Source: Candidatus Thalassarchaeaceae archaeon (lineage in GTDB: Archaea > Thermoplasmatota > Poseidoniia > Poseidoniales > Thalassarchaeaceae). From it: DNA of 32,000 nucleotides. Under the pieces are notes generated by a model. The model saw nothing but the letters and a program-made list of their open reading frames with translations. It did no database searches and was not told the origin of the DNA. The position numbers and the translations under genes are program-made. The stretch covers positions 1,440,001 to 1,472,000 of the forward strand of contig JBJLBP010000001.1 of assembly GCA_045568075.1 (NCBI GenBank), read 5' to 3'. Shown here piece after piece: positions 9,658 through 17,821 of the stretch; the stretch's first letter is position 1, and every line of letters starts with the position of its first letter.

Positions 9658-10734
9658 TCAACTTCGGTAAGCCGTCAATAAGCGAACATCGTGCGACGGC
9701 GTGGAGGAGCCTGAATCGACAGCTACCTCGCTCATAGCATCAACATGCTCCATACCAGAGACAACCATCCCGTAGACCGTATGGCAAGATTGCCCTTGAG
9801 CCGCGCAATCCTTTTGTTCATTCCAATCTAGATGGCTAGGTGTAGAGTCGCTTGGGACGATGTAGAACTGGCTTCCGTCTGTGTTCAGGCCAGCGTGTGC
9901 GGCCGCGAGAGCACCGGGGATATGTTTGAGGCCGTTCTCATGCTCACCAGGAACCGACCAATCCTCAACGCGACAACTCTCGGAAGTATGCGGAGTTCCA
10001 GTGCTATCCAGAGTTTGACCGTTACAATAGCCATACCACTTACCAGCATATCCGCCAGCACCATTCATCATCTCGATGTCTCCGCCTTGAACCATGAATC
10101 CATCGATGATGCGGTGGAATGTCGTGTAATCGTAACGGGAATTATCGACAAGATAGAGGAAGTTCTCGACATGCTTCGGAGCATCATCAGGGTAAAGTTC
10201 GATGACTATTTCACCCTCGACTCGTGTATCTGGATTGTCTGGGTGAATGTAAGACACCTCGAAAGTCACCGTGTTTCCTTCCAACGGTTGCTCCAACGCT
10301 TCTCCTGCATACTTGAAACCGACGAGGAAGATCATAATCGCGACCGAAATTGCAACTAGTCCAGTTGGAGTTGGGTTTCCATCATCGAATATCTGAAATC
10401 CCTTTCCAAGCGAGATTGACTGCTCGTCCATCATCGAAGCGAGCTTGTTCATTGAGCGACGAATATCTTTGTTCGATGACTCCAATTTTAGAGCCTGTTG
10501 ATAATTCTTGTAAGCCCTCTGCCAGTGCTTCTTACGGTTACCCATATCGAGATCGCCTTTGGTGATCATTGCCTCAGAGGCGAGGCTTGTGACGCTCACC
10601 TTCTGTGAGTTAGTTTGGGCTGCCTTCCAACCGGTTGTTCTGAGGATCTCCAAAGCATCGTCTGGCTTACCCGACTCAATCAGCTCTTGGGCCTTATCCA
10701 AGGCTTCCCTCAACTCACTCGGCATTGGAGGCAT
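9658..10734 (-). CDS. Cyclophilin-type peptidyl-prolyl cis-trans isomerase. It has an N-terminal helical (TPR-like) region and one transmembrane helix.
   Basis: Cyclophilin signature FHRIIDGFMVQGGD, plus GSQFYIV. TM segment GLVAISVAIMIFLVGF precedes the catalytic domain. The ORF-track start at 10749 is GTG; the first ATG is at 10734 (MPPMPSELREAL...). Confidence 0.85.
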   Translation of the reverse strand: MPPMPSELREALDKAQELIESGKPDDALEILRTTGWKAAQTNSQKVSVTSLASEAMITKGDLDMGNRKKHWQRAYKNYQQALKLESSNKDIRRSMNKLASMMDEQSISLGKGFQIFDDGNPTPTGLVAISVAIMIFLVGFKYAGEALEQPLEGNTVTFEVSYIHPDNPDTRVEGEIVIELYPDDAPKHVENFLYLVDNSRYDYTTFHRIIDGFMVQGGDIEMMNGAGGYAGKWYGYCNGQTLDSTGTPHTSESCRVEDWSVPGEHENGLKHIPGALAAAHAGLNTDGSQFYIVPSDSTPSHLDWNEQKDCAAQGQSCHTVYGMVVSGMEHVDAMSEVAVDSGSSTPSHDVRLLTAYRS

Positions 10735-10808
10735 GGGCCGGCCGACCACGCTTCCCTTGAAAACCGCAACGGATGGGGATTCCTCGTATCTAGAAAGCGA
10801 TTTATTCG

Positions 10809-10850
10809 CATTTTGAGGCGAAATTACTCATTTTTGAGGGAAATAATACT
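10809..10850. repeat. Tandem imperfect direct repeat in the divergent PPIase/korA intergenic region: CATTTTGAGGCGAAATTACT followed by CATTTTTGAGGGAAATAATACT.
   Basis: Read directly from the sequence. Two adjacent 20- and 22-nt units differ by small indels and substitutions. Each contains TTTTGAGG, the reverse complement of CCTCAAAA. Confidence 0.7.
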
Positions 10851-10904
10851 CCATAATTAGAGTAAATTGAGCAGATACTCCTCGCTACGCGAGGGAATTA
10901 ACAG

Positions 10905-10922
10905 ACGGGAACGGCTAAGACC
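10905..10922 (+). promoter_or_regulatory. Upstream motif ACGGGAACGGCTAAGACC (candidate BRE/TATA-like element or 5' leader element) ahead of korA.
   Basis: Matches 16 of 18 positions with 28071-28088, including the exact 13-mer CGGGAACGGCTAA. It ends 71 nt before the korA ATG. Confidence 0.4.
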
Positions 10923-10993
10923 GAATTTCGCACGGGGCACGCTGCACAAGCACCCGCCAGTGCGCCCAGACACCCCCGGAGACACCGAAAAGG

Positions 10994-12796
10994 ATGGCTC
11001 AAATCGTCAATGATTTCACACTCAATATCGCCACTGCAAACGGAACGGGATCGCAGTCTGCGAACCTGATTCTGCTACACTCTATGTTTGAGATGGGAGT
11101 TCCCGTCAGCGGGAAGAATCTCTTCCCAAGCAATATTTCTGGTCTTCCGACTTGGTTTATCATTCGAGCCAGCGACGCCGGCTATCAGGCTCCTGGCGAT
11201 AAGACGCATATCCAAGTCGTGATGAACAAGGATACTTGGTTGGCTGATGTCGAGAAGGCAGAGCCTGGAACCATCATCATCCACAATATGGATGTAAAGT
11301 TGCCAGTCGAGCGCGACGATTGCGTCGTGCTCGGTATACCCATGACCAAGATGGCGAGAGCGATTAATCCGAAGTTAGCTCGCATGATTGCCAACATGTA
11401 CTACGTCGGCGGACTCGCCGAAGTCCTGGGAATCGACTCCAACGCTCTGCGCACTGCTCTCACTCAGCAATTCAAGGGCAAGGAGAAGGCGATCGAACTG
11501 AACACGCGGGCTATCGACGAGGGTCGGGCCTACGCTGCGGAGAATTGGAATTGCGATATCGGCTACGCTGTCGAGGCTCGTGACAAGAATCCAGACACCT
11601 ATCTCATCGAAGGCAACGAAGCGACTGCACTCGGCTGCCTATTCGGTGGAGTCAACATGCTCTCTTGGTATCCGATTACTCCATCATCATCCCTCGCCGA
11701 GTCAATCATCGGCTGGATACCGAAGATTCGTACAGCCGAGGATGGCGGTTCAACCTGCGCGGTAATCCAAGCAGAGGACGAACTAGCCGCCGCCGGCATG
11801 GTTGTCGGTGCTGGATGGGCTGGTGGCCGCGGAATGACCGCGACCAGCGGTCCGGGAATTTCGCTGATGTCAGAATTCATCGGCCTCGCGTATTTCGCAG
11901 AAGTTCCTGGAGTCATCTGGGATGTTAATCGCGTTGGACCATCCACCGGCCTACCTACACGGACTCAGCAGGGTGATCTTACCCTGCTGTATGAAGCCAG
12001 CCACGGAGACACTCAGCACATCGTCCTGATTCCAGGAACAGTCGATGAGTGCTTCGAATTCGGCTGGCGCGCCTTCGACGTGGCCGAGCGCTACCAGACT
12101 CTTGTCTTCGGCTTCTCCGACCTCGACCTCGGCATGAATAGATGGGTTACCTCCGGCTTTGAGTACCCCAGTCAGCCGCTCGACCGCGGTAAGGTAATCA
12201 GAAGCCAAGAACAACTCGACGCAATCGAGAATTTCGGCCGCTATCGCGACGTCGATGGTGATGGAATTCCATACCGCACTCTACCCGGCAGCGGTCTCGA
12301 ACCCATCCTCTACCGTGGCACTGGCCACGATGAGGACGGTATCTACTCCGAGGACCCTGCCGTCTACCATGCAACCGTTACGCGCCTGCGCAGAAAGATC
12401 GACGGCGCGCGTGATGACCTACCAGCACCAATCATCCGCGCCGAGAAGAGCAAGCAAGTAGGAATCATCTACTACGGCTCTATGGAAAACACAATCACAG
12501 AAATCGACGATATCCTTGAACAAACCGGCCTGTCAGTAAGCACCTGCCGAGTAAGAGCTCTTCCTTACCACTCTGAAGTCGAGAAGTTCGTCGCAGAGCA
12601 TGAGCAAGTAATCGTCCTCGAAGTCAACCGCGACGGCCAGCTCTTCGGCATCCTCCGCAAGGAAATGCCAGTAGAACTTCTCAGCAAGATGCAATCTGTA
12701 GCATTTAGCGACGGAATTCCTCCACGCGCACGTGTGTACGCGGAAATGGTTCTTGAGACGTTGAACTTGGCCTCGACCCAGGAGGTGACCGCATGA
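10994..12796 (+). CDS. korA: 2-oxoacid (2-oxoglutarate):ferredoxin oxidoreductase, alpha subunit with a fused N-terminal gamma-like domain (600 aa)
   Basis: ATANGTGSQSANLIL (gamma-like N-terminus), EGNEATALGCLFGGVNMLSWYPITPSS and TSGPGISLM (alpha). The stop overlaps the korB start (ATGA). Confidence 0.9.
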   Translation: MAQIVNDFTLNIATANGTGSQSANLILLHSMFEMGVPVSGKNLFPSNISGLPTWFIIRASDAGYQAPGDKTHIQVVMNKDTWLADVEKAEPGTIIIHNMDVKLPVERDDCVVLGIPMTKMARAINPKLARMIANMYYVGGLAEVLGIDSNALRTALTQQFKGKEKAIELNTRAIDEGRAYAAENWNCDIGYAVEARDKNPDTYLIEGNEATALGCLFGGVNMLSWYPITPSSSLAESIIGWIPKIRTAEDGGSTCAVIQAEDELAAAGMVVGAGWAGGRGMTATSGPGISLMSEFIGLAYFAEVPGVIWDVNRVGPSTGLPTRTQQGDLTLLYEASHGDTQHIVLIPGTVDECFEFGWRAFDVAERYQTLVFGFSDLDLGMNRWVTSGFEYPSQPLDRGKVIRSQEQLDAIENFGRYRDVDGDGIPYRTLPGSGLEPILYRGTGHDEDGIYSEDPAVYHATVTRLRRKIDGARDDLPAPIIRAEKSKQVGIIYYGSMENTITEIDDILEQTGLSVSTCRVRALPYHSEVEKFVAEHEQVIVLEVNRDGQLFGILRKEMPVELLSKMQSVAFSDGIPPRARVYAEMVLETLNLASTQEVTA

Positions 12797-13830
12797 GCAT
12801 GCGTCCAATCCAACTCAACGTCATCGACCTGCCAAAAGCAGACTACACAGGAGGTAAGTCCTCTCTGTGTCCGGGTTGTGGCCACGACCAGATATCCAAT
12901 GTCATCATCCAAGCAGCATGGGAGAACGGGATCGCCCCGGAAACCATAGCCAAAATGTCCGGAATCGGTTGCTCATCGAAGACGCCGGCATACTTCCTCG
13001 GGAAGTCACACGGATTCAACACAGTACACGGAAGGATGCCGTCGGTGACGACAGGCGCTAACATGGTCAACAAGGATCTCGTTTTCCTCGGAGTTTCCGG
13101 CGACGGAGACACAGCATCAATCGGTATTGGACAATTTGTACATGCAATTCGACGCAACCTGAACATGGTCTACATCATCGAGAATAACGGTGTCTACGGA
13201 CTAACCAAGGGGCAATACTCCGCTACCGTCGAAAAGGGATCAAAGAAGAAGAAGGGAGTTACCAACGAAAACCCTCCTATTGACCTCTGTAAAATGGCGA
13301 TTAACCTCGGATGCGGCTTTGTTGCACGCTCTTTCTCTGGTTCAAAGAAACAACTCTCCTCACTCATACGTGCCGCTCTCTCACACAAGGGAATGGCTGT
13401 CATCGATGTAATTTCACCATGCGTCACCTTTGCTAACAACGACGAGTCGTACCGATCTTACAACTATGTGAAGTCGAACGACGAGGTGTTGCACACCGTG
13501 GATTACATCCCTCACTTCACACCGCTTGAAGAGGTCGAAATCCCAGAAGGTGAGTTTGAGGATATCGAACTCTTCGATGGCTCGACTTTACGCCTCGCTA
13601 CACTTGGAGTTGATCATGACCCGAGTAACCCTGTTGCTGCTCTTGCAGCGATTCATGAGGCTGAGGCGAGCGATAAGCACGTCACCGGACTTCTGCATTA
13701 CAATTCTCAGATGAAGTCCGCCGACGAGGCGCTTGGGCTTACTGCAACTCCTCTCGTCGATCTCAGTGAGACTGAATTACGACCAAGTGAGCAAGCGCTG
13801 GCTGATTTGAATCAGTCCTTCCGCGCTTGA
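12793..13830 (+). CDS. korB: 2-oxoacid:ferredoxin oxidoreductase, beta (TPP-binding) subunit
   Basis: CPGCGH motif. TPP motif GVSGDGDTASIGIGQFVHAIRRNLNMVYIIENNGVYGLTKGQ. Strong SD GGAGGTGA at 12781-12788, 4 nt upstream of the ATG. Confidence 0.92.
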   Translation: MSMRPIQLNVIDLPKADYTGGKSSLCPGCGHDQISNVIIQAAWENGIAPETIAKMSGIGCSSKTPAYFLGKSHGFNTVHGRMPSVTTGANMVNKDLVFLGVSGDGDTASIGIGQFVHAIRRNLNMVYIIENNGVYGLTKGQYSATVEKGSKKKKGVTNENPPIDLCKMAINLGCGFVARSFSGSKKQLSSLIRAALSHKGMAVIDVISPCVTFANNDESYRSYNYVKSNDEVLHTVDYIPHFTPLEEVEIPEGEFEDIELFDGSTLRLATLGVDHDPSNPVAALAAIHEAEASDKHVTGLLHYNSQMKSADEALGLTATPLVDLSETELRPSEQALADLNQSFRA

Positions 13831-13899
13831 ACTCTGTCAGATGCAGCCGGTTGGTCTAGCGGTTCTGTTGAAATACGCAACCCGTCTCGCCGGGTCGCT

Positions 13900-13975
13900 A
13901 GTCCCTTAGTGTAGCGGTCCATCATATGGCACTCTGGATGCCATGACCCTGGTTCAAATCCGGGAGGGACTACCA
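13900..13975 (+). tRNA. tRNA-Gln (anticodon CTG) with genomically encoded CCA
   Basis: Manual cloverleaf. Acceptor AGTCCCT/AGGGACT is 7 bp with A1-U72. D-arm is GTGT-AGCGGTCCA-TCAT. Anticodon stem TGGCA/TGCCA with loop CT-CTG-GA. The variable loop is 4 nt. T-arm is CCTGG-TTCAAAT-CCGGG. Discriminator A, then CCA (13973-13975). Confidence 0.9.
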
Positions 13976-14006
13976 AATCACAATATGAAGAATAGTGATA
14001 TTGAAA

Positions 14007-14228
14007 TCATTCTTCCTCATTATCTTCTTTGATCATAGCTTGTGCCCAAACGTCTCCCTCAAATTCTTCATGCTTTCCAAATGAGACACCACCAATAGGA
14101 GTCCAACCATCTTTGATTCGAATTTGTACTTGCTCAATTAAGCAAGGTCTGTCCCAATTATGGTAATTGAATACAGCGTATTTTTCTGGTTTATTCATAT
14201 TTTCTGCAACAACTATTGTATATTTCAT
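14007..14228 (-). CDS. Small hypothetical protein (73 aa), possibly DUF1737-like
   Basis: ATG-initiated ORF in a very AT-rich islet. The segment IRIKDGWTPIGGVSFG resembles the 'GW-P-GG' core I recall for DUF1737; this is from memory and unverified. A consensus TATA box sits 23 nt upstream. Confidence 0.55.
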   Translation of the reverse strand: MKYTIVVAENMNKPEKYAVFNYHNWDRPCLIEQVQIRIKDGWTPIGGVSFGKHEEFEGDVWAQAMIKEDNEEE

Positions 14229-14251
14229 AACAATAAATATTTATGTCCTGA

Positions 14252-14259
14252 TATTTAAA
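14252..14259 (-). promoter_or_regulatory. Archaeal TATA box TTTAAATA (minus strand), 23 nt upstream of the 14228 ATG. This implies a leaderless transcript.
   Basis: Matches the archaeal TTTAWATA consensus. The spacing to the ATG fits a transcription start at or next to the start codon. Confidence 0.6.
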
Positions 14260-14305
14260 TCTTACCCTACATTTTATCCTATTTTCCCTATGAATTATAC
14301 TAGAA

Positions 14306-14503
14306 TTACAAGGCTCGATTTAGAATCCTAGATACGAAAGAGATCATCATGATTATCATGAACCATGCAGTTGCATATTTGACCCAAGGAATCAGTTTCT
14401 TTGGCTCGGGAAATGGGTCAATCCCCGCATTGAGAGCCTCGGCAAAAAGTGCCAATTCCTCTTCGATAGTCTCGGGATCTCTAGGACTATTGCCGGCATT
14501 CAT
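14306..14503 (-). CDS. Small membrane protein (about 65 aa) with a C-terminal TM helix. No family recognised.
   Basis: The ORF-track start at 14512 is GTG and abuts the AKR stop (14513-14515). The first ATG is at 14503 (MNAGNSPRDPETIEE...). Hydrophobic segment: ATAWFMIIMMISFVSRIL. Confidence 0.4.
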   Translation of the reverse strand: MNAGNSPRDPETIEEELALFAEALNAGIDPFPEPKKLIPWVKYATAWFMIIMMISFVSRILNRAL

Positions 14504-14512
14504 CACAATCAC

Positions 14513-15373
14513 TCAGGGTTCAGCGGTTGGGTTCCAGCCGGAGACATAGGCCTCCTCCATGGCATTGAACGAATCTTCAGTGCCAGTGAGGTCAATGTTG
14601 AGGCTGGCGAAATTTTCCTCGATTCGACCGGAATTGCTAGACTTCGGAATTGTAATCGCTCCCGTATCATACACCCATTTGATGGCTGCTTGAGCCGGTG
14701 TACAACCAACCGATTCGGCGATTGCAGCGAGGCTGTCGCAGCCTACTTTTTGTCCGCGAGCGAGGGGTGAGTAAGCCATGACTCTAGCACCTGAAGCTTG
14801 AGTTGCTGCGCGGAGGGCTGGGCGTTGGTTCCACGGGTGAAGTTCGACTTGGTTGACCGCAGGGAGAATGGTTGCGTAGGCCCGCATGTCGTCAAGGTGG
14901 TGAGCACCGTAATTGCTCACTCCGATCGCTCTAGTCCAACCCCTTGCAAGGCACTCCTCCATACCTTTCCACACGCCTGGGCGTGCATCGATGTCTTCTG
15001 GTGGCGCGTGGACGAGGTAGAGGTCAAGTTGTTCGAGTCCGAGCATGTCGAGGCTGCTGCGGCAGTGTTCGAGAACAGCCTCGTAACTTGTTGCATGAGG
15101 ACGGCGCAACTTGGTGACCACGAAGATTTCATCACGGGGAATTCCACTTTCCCGAATGGCCACACCGGTTTCTGTTTCGTTGGCATAAGAACGGGCTGTG
15201 TCGATGAGTCTGTATCCAGACTGAATGGCATGTTGCACGGCTGTTTTGCATTGTCCACCTTCTGACATTTGCCAAACTCCTAGCCCGAATCTAGGCATCT
15301 CGATTTCGTGCTCACGCTCGCCTGTGGCTACGTTGGTGTGGCCGATGGAGACGGTCTCGAAAGGGGCCGACAT
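14513..15373 (-). CDS. Aldo/keto reductase (DkgA-like, 286 aa)
   Basis: AKR motifs MPRFGLGVWQ, LIDTARSYANE, VVTKL, LYLVHAP, GVSNY, NQVELHP and IPKSSNSGRIEEN. Confidence 0.9.
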   Translation of the reverse strand: MSAPFETVSIGHTNVATGEREHEIEMPRFGLGVWQMSEGGQCKTAVQHAIQSGYRLIDTARSYANETETGVAIRESGIPRDEIFVVTKLRRPHATSYEAVLEHCRSSLDMLGLEQLDLYLVHAPPEDIDARPGVWKGMEECLARGWTRAIGVSNYGAHHLDDMRAYATILPAVNQVELHPWNQRPALRAATQASGARVMAYSPLARGQKVGCDSLAAIAESVGCTPAQAAIKWVYDTGAITIPKSSNSGRIEENFASLNIDLTGTEDSFNAMEEAYVSGWNPTAEP

Positions 15374-15448
15374 GGCCCGGGCTGATTACTGCAGGACTTG
15401 AGGTTGATGTTCGGGGGAGGTTGAAGACGGTAACTCCCTCGTTGCTGC

Positions 15449-16951
15449 ATGGCTGAGTTACCAGAGGGGGTCGAACTGCCGGGAGGACAAGTGGCTACTC
15501 CACGACCTTCGGCTGCTGCTGTGCTGAGTCGTGGTGCTGGAGAAAGGCGGGAAATTTTACTCTGTCATCGAGTTTCTGAGGTTCCGTCTTTTCCAGATTT
15601 TTGGGCCTTTCCCGGCGGCGGAGTAAGTCGGGTTGACCGCGCCGCCGCTGAAGCCAATCCAGATTGGTTTGCTGAGCGAGATGATCGTATTTCTTTGATT
15701 GCTCTATTGCGAGAAATGGTTGAGGAAGTGGGCATCGCTCCTGACGGTTCAGGAGGTTTTCTACAAGTCGCTTCCGAATTACGGGATGAAGTCAATTCAG
15801 ACAAGGCTGCATGGGCTGTCCTCGCCACAGACAACAGGCTCGTAGTAAGTGGTTTTTCCGCTGATTTAATCACCGAACGCACCACTCCTCCGTTAGCTCC
15901 CGTGCGCTTCAAAAATCGATTCTATCACCTTGATTTAGGAGACTCAAAGATTGAGCCGACCCTTCCAAATGGACGCTCCGAATTCGATGAATTCCGCTGG
16001 TGGAAGCCAGCCGCTCTCCTCGATGCTTGGATGGCCCATTCGGTCAAACTACCACCACCACAAATCACCCTGATTCGCGACCTCGTTGAACATGGGTTTG
16101 ATGTCCTCGCCGAAGATCCCCCATCCGGCTATCACATCATCGAGTTCGCTCATGGCGTCGAGTGCGTCCCACTCCCTACTGCAACCCTGCCACCGGCGAC
16201 CCACACAAATTGCTACGTCCTCGGTCAAGCCGGCGGACCACGCATCCTAGTCGACCCGGCGGCAAAGTCGGCGGAAGCTCTCGAAATTCTCTCTGCTAAA
16301 GTTACGGAAATCCAAGCCACCGGGAGCGACATCATCGGTACGATATTCACCCACCGGCACCCGGACCACATAGGCGATCTGTCAGCTATTTCATCGATGT
16401 ACCAAGCCCCTATACTGGCATCGTCAGAAACCCATGAAGTCATCCCGTCTTGCGATACGGATAGCACGCTCAAAGAGGGTGATGAGATAACTCTCGGCGA
16501 AGTCACATGGACGGTTATCGAAACTCCCGGACACTGCCCTGGACACATCTGTTTATGCAGCGAGGCCGGAATAATCAGCGGCGATAACGCGACTGTCTTT
16601 GGCACAATCCTCGTCCCCTCCGGAGAAGGCGACATGAACGCATATCTTGCAGGACTCGAGCGTCTGCGCGATATCGACCTACCTCTTCTTTTCCCAGGTC
16701 ATGGATCTATGGTGGCCAATCCAACAAGGCTTCTAAACCGCTACCTAAAGCACAGGAAAGCGCGTCATTCTAGAGTTCTTGAGGCTGTTCTATCTGGAAA
16801 AAATAGCCTTACAGATATCGCTTCCGAGGCCTATTCAGACACACCAGACGCGCATCCTGATCTTGCCCGAGATCAGACACTTTCCCACTTGAAAGCATTA
16901 GAAAAGTCGGGTGAAATCTACAGAATAAAGAAGGATTGGTACAAAAATTAG
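15449..16951 (+). CDS. Fusion protein: N-terminal Nudix hydrolase domain plus a C-terminal MBL-fold hydrolase (LACTB2-like) ending in a winged-helix tail
   Basis: Nudix-box-like LIALLREMVEEVGI preceded by FPGGGVS. MBL motifs THRHPDHIGD, ETPGHCPGH and FPGHG. C-terminal LSHLKALEKSGEIYRI resembles the winged helix associated with beta-lactamase-fold enzymes. Confidence 0.8.
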   Translation: MAELPEGVELPGGQVATPRPSAAAVLSRGAGERREILLCHRVSEVPSFPDFWAFPGGGVSRVDRAAAEANPDWFAERDDRISLIALLREMVEEVGIAPDGSGGFLQVASELRDEVNSDKAAWAVLATDNRLVVSGFSADLITERTTPPLAPVRFKNRFYHLDLGDSKIEPTLPNGRSEFDEFRWWKPAALLDAWMAHSVKLPPPQITLIRDLVEHGFDVLAEDPPSGYHIIEFAHGVECVPLPTATLPPATHTNCYVLGQAGGPRILVDPAAKSAEALEILSAKVTEIQATGSDIIGTIFTHRHPDHIGDLSAISSMYQAPILASSETHEVIPSCDTDSTLKEGDEITLGEVTWTVIETPGHCPGHICLCSEAGIISGDNATVFGTILVPSGEGDMNAYLAGLERLRDIDLPLLFPGHGSMVANPTRLLNRYLKHRKARHSRVLEAVLSGKNSLTDIASEAYSDTPDAHPDLARDQTLSHLKALEKSGEIYRIKKDWYKN

Positions 16952-16961
16952 GTTGTTCAAT

Positions 16962-17816
16962 ATGGGATTAGAACTGTGGCAAGAGATTCCTGAGTTTGAG
17001 GGTTCATCTGTCGAACGTCTCAGTATCGAAACCACTCCTGGAATTCACCTTCGCGTCCTCCGCTGGACTCCTGAAAGTCTCTCAGCGCGCAAAGCCAGAA
17101 CCCTGGTCATGATTCCTGGATGGAACTCTGTGCCTGATGGATGGTTCCCGATTCTTGCAGAATGGGTGAAGTGCCGCCCCATCGTCTATATCGAAAGCCG
17201 TGAGAAAGGCAGCTGTCGCATCGATGGACCGATTTCAAAGACAACTTTTCAGATTCCGAACATCGCCTCCGACCTACCAGTCGTCCTCGACAAACTTGCG
17301 ATTGACCCCCTCGAGTGTGATGCATTTGCCGCCTCACTCGGTGCCACACTTATGCTCGAAAATCTACGAGAACAAACTCTGGTCCCGCGAAGCCTCGTGC
17401 TGCTATCACCTAACCTCGCCTTCGTGCCTCCGTGGTGGGCACGACCGTTGATTCCCGCCCCTCTATTCCTCTACTCCGCACTTGTCCGTTTCATCATTTG
17501 GTACCTTGACCGCAGGCTCAAGGAAGAAGGGCAAAGAATTCGTTATCGGCGAACCCTACTAGCAGCTCCAATCGATAGACTTCGCCTCACTTCAATGATT
17601 TTCAAGAATTACAAGATGGACCTTGACTTCTCTCACAATTCAACGCCCGTCGGTGTACTTCGTGCCTCCTCTGACACCCTGCATGACCACTCCGACGCAG
17701 GGACACTGAGTGCCAATGTCCCTAATTGTCAGTTGATTGAAATCGAAAGTAATCAATTCGCTCACGAAGCCGCTGCATTGCCAATTATCGAAGGCTTCTT
17801 CGAAGAAATGGATTGA
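16962..17816 (+). CDS. Alpha/beta-fold hydrolase (probable Ser-Asp-His triad)
   Basis: LVMIPGWNS follows the first beta strand. Nucleophile-elbow variant AFAASLGA. Late SSDTLHD and NQFAHE. The ORF-track start at 16953 is TTG, 1 nt after the upstream stop; the first ATG is at 16962. Confidence 0.65.
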   Translation: MGLELWQEIPEFEGSSVERLSIETTPGIHLRVLRWTPESLSARKARTLVMIPGWNSVPDGWFPILAEWVKCRPIVYIESREKGSCRIDGPISKTTFQIPNIASDLPVVLDKLAIDPLECDAFAASLGATLMLENLREQTLVPRSLVLLSPNLAFVPPWWARPLIPAPLFLYSALVRFIIWYLDRRLKEEGQRIRYRRTLLAAPIDRLRLTSMIFKNYKMDLDFSHNSTPVGVLRASSDTLHDHSDAGTLSANVPNCQLIEIESNQFAHEAAALPIIEGFFEEMD

Positions 17817-17821
17817 GTGGA

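Noticed and set aside
9832-10359. Long antisense ORFs opposite well-supported genes. Examples: 9832-10359(+), 11599-11946(-), 14798-15265(+), 16225-16635(-), 18512-18892(+), 22977-23432(-), 23483-23989(-) and 30124-30513(-).
   Set aside because: Each lies entirely inside a gene with strong family motifs on the other strand. Their translations are low-complexity and rich in Ser/Arg/Thr with no motifs. They are typical shadow ORFs.
13843-13899. A tRNA-like fragment (GCAGCCGGTTGGTCTAGCGGTT...) just upstream of tRNA-Gln, considered as a second tRNA, a pseudo-tRNA or an integration scar.
   Set aside because: I could not fold it into a cloverleaf. It has no complementary acceptor 3' strand, no T-loop (TTCRAAT) and no D-stem pairing. 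It only forms generic hairpins (ACCCG/CGGGT, and CTAGCG/CGCTAG reaching into the tRNA 5' end). It is probably just the pre-tRNA leader or the korB 3' UTR. tRNAscan-SE or Infernal would settle it.
13976-14512. An integrated virus, plasmid or genomic island at the tRNA-Gln 3' end.
   Set aside because: There is no integrase, no direct repeat of the tRNA 3' end that I could find, and only two tiny ORFs. I kept the compositional anomaly as a low-key finding rather than calling a mobile element.
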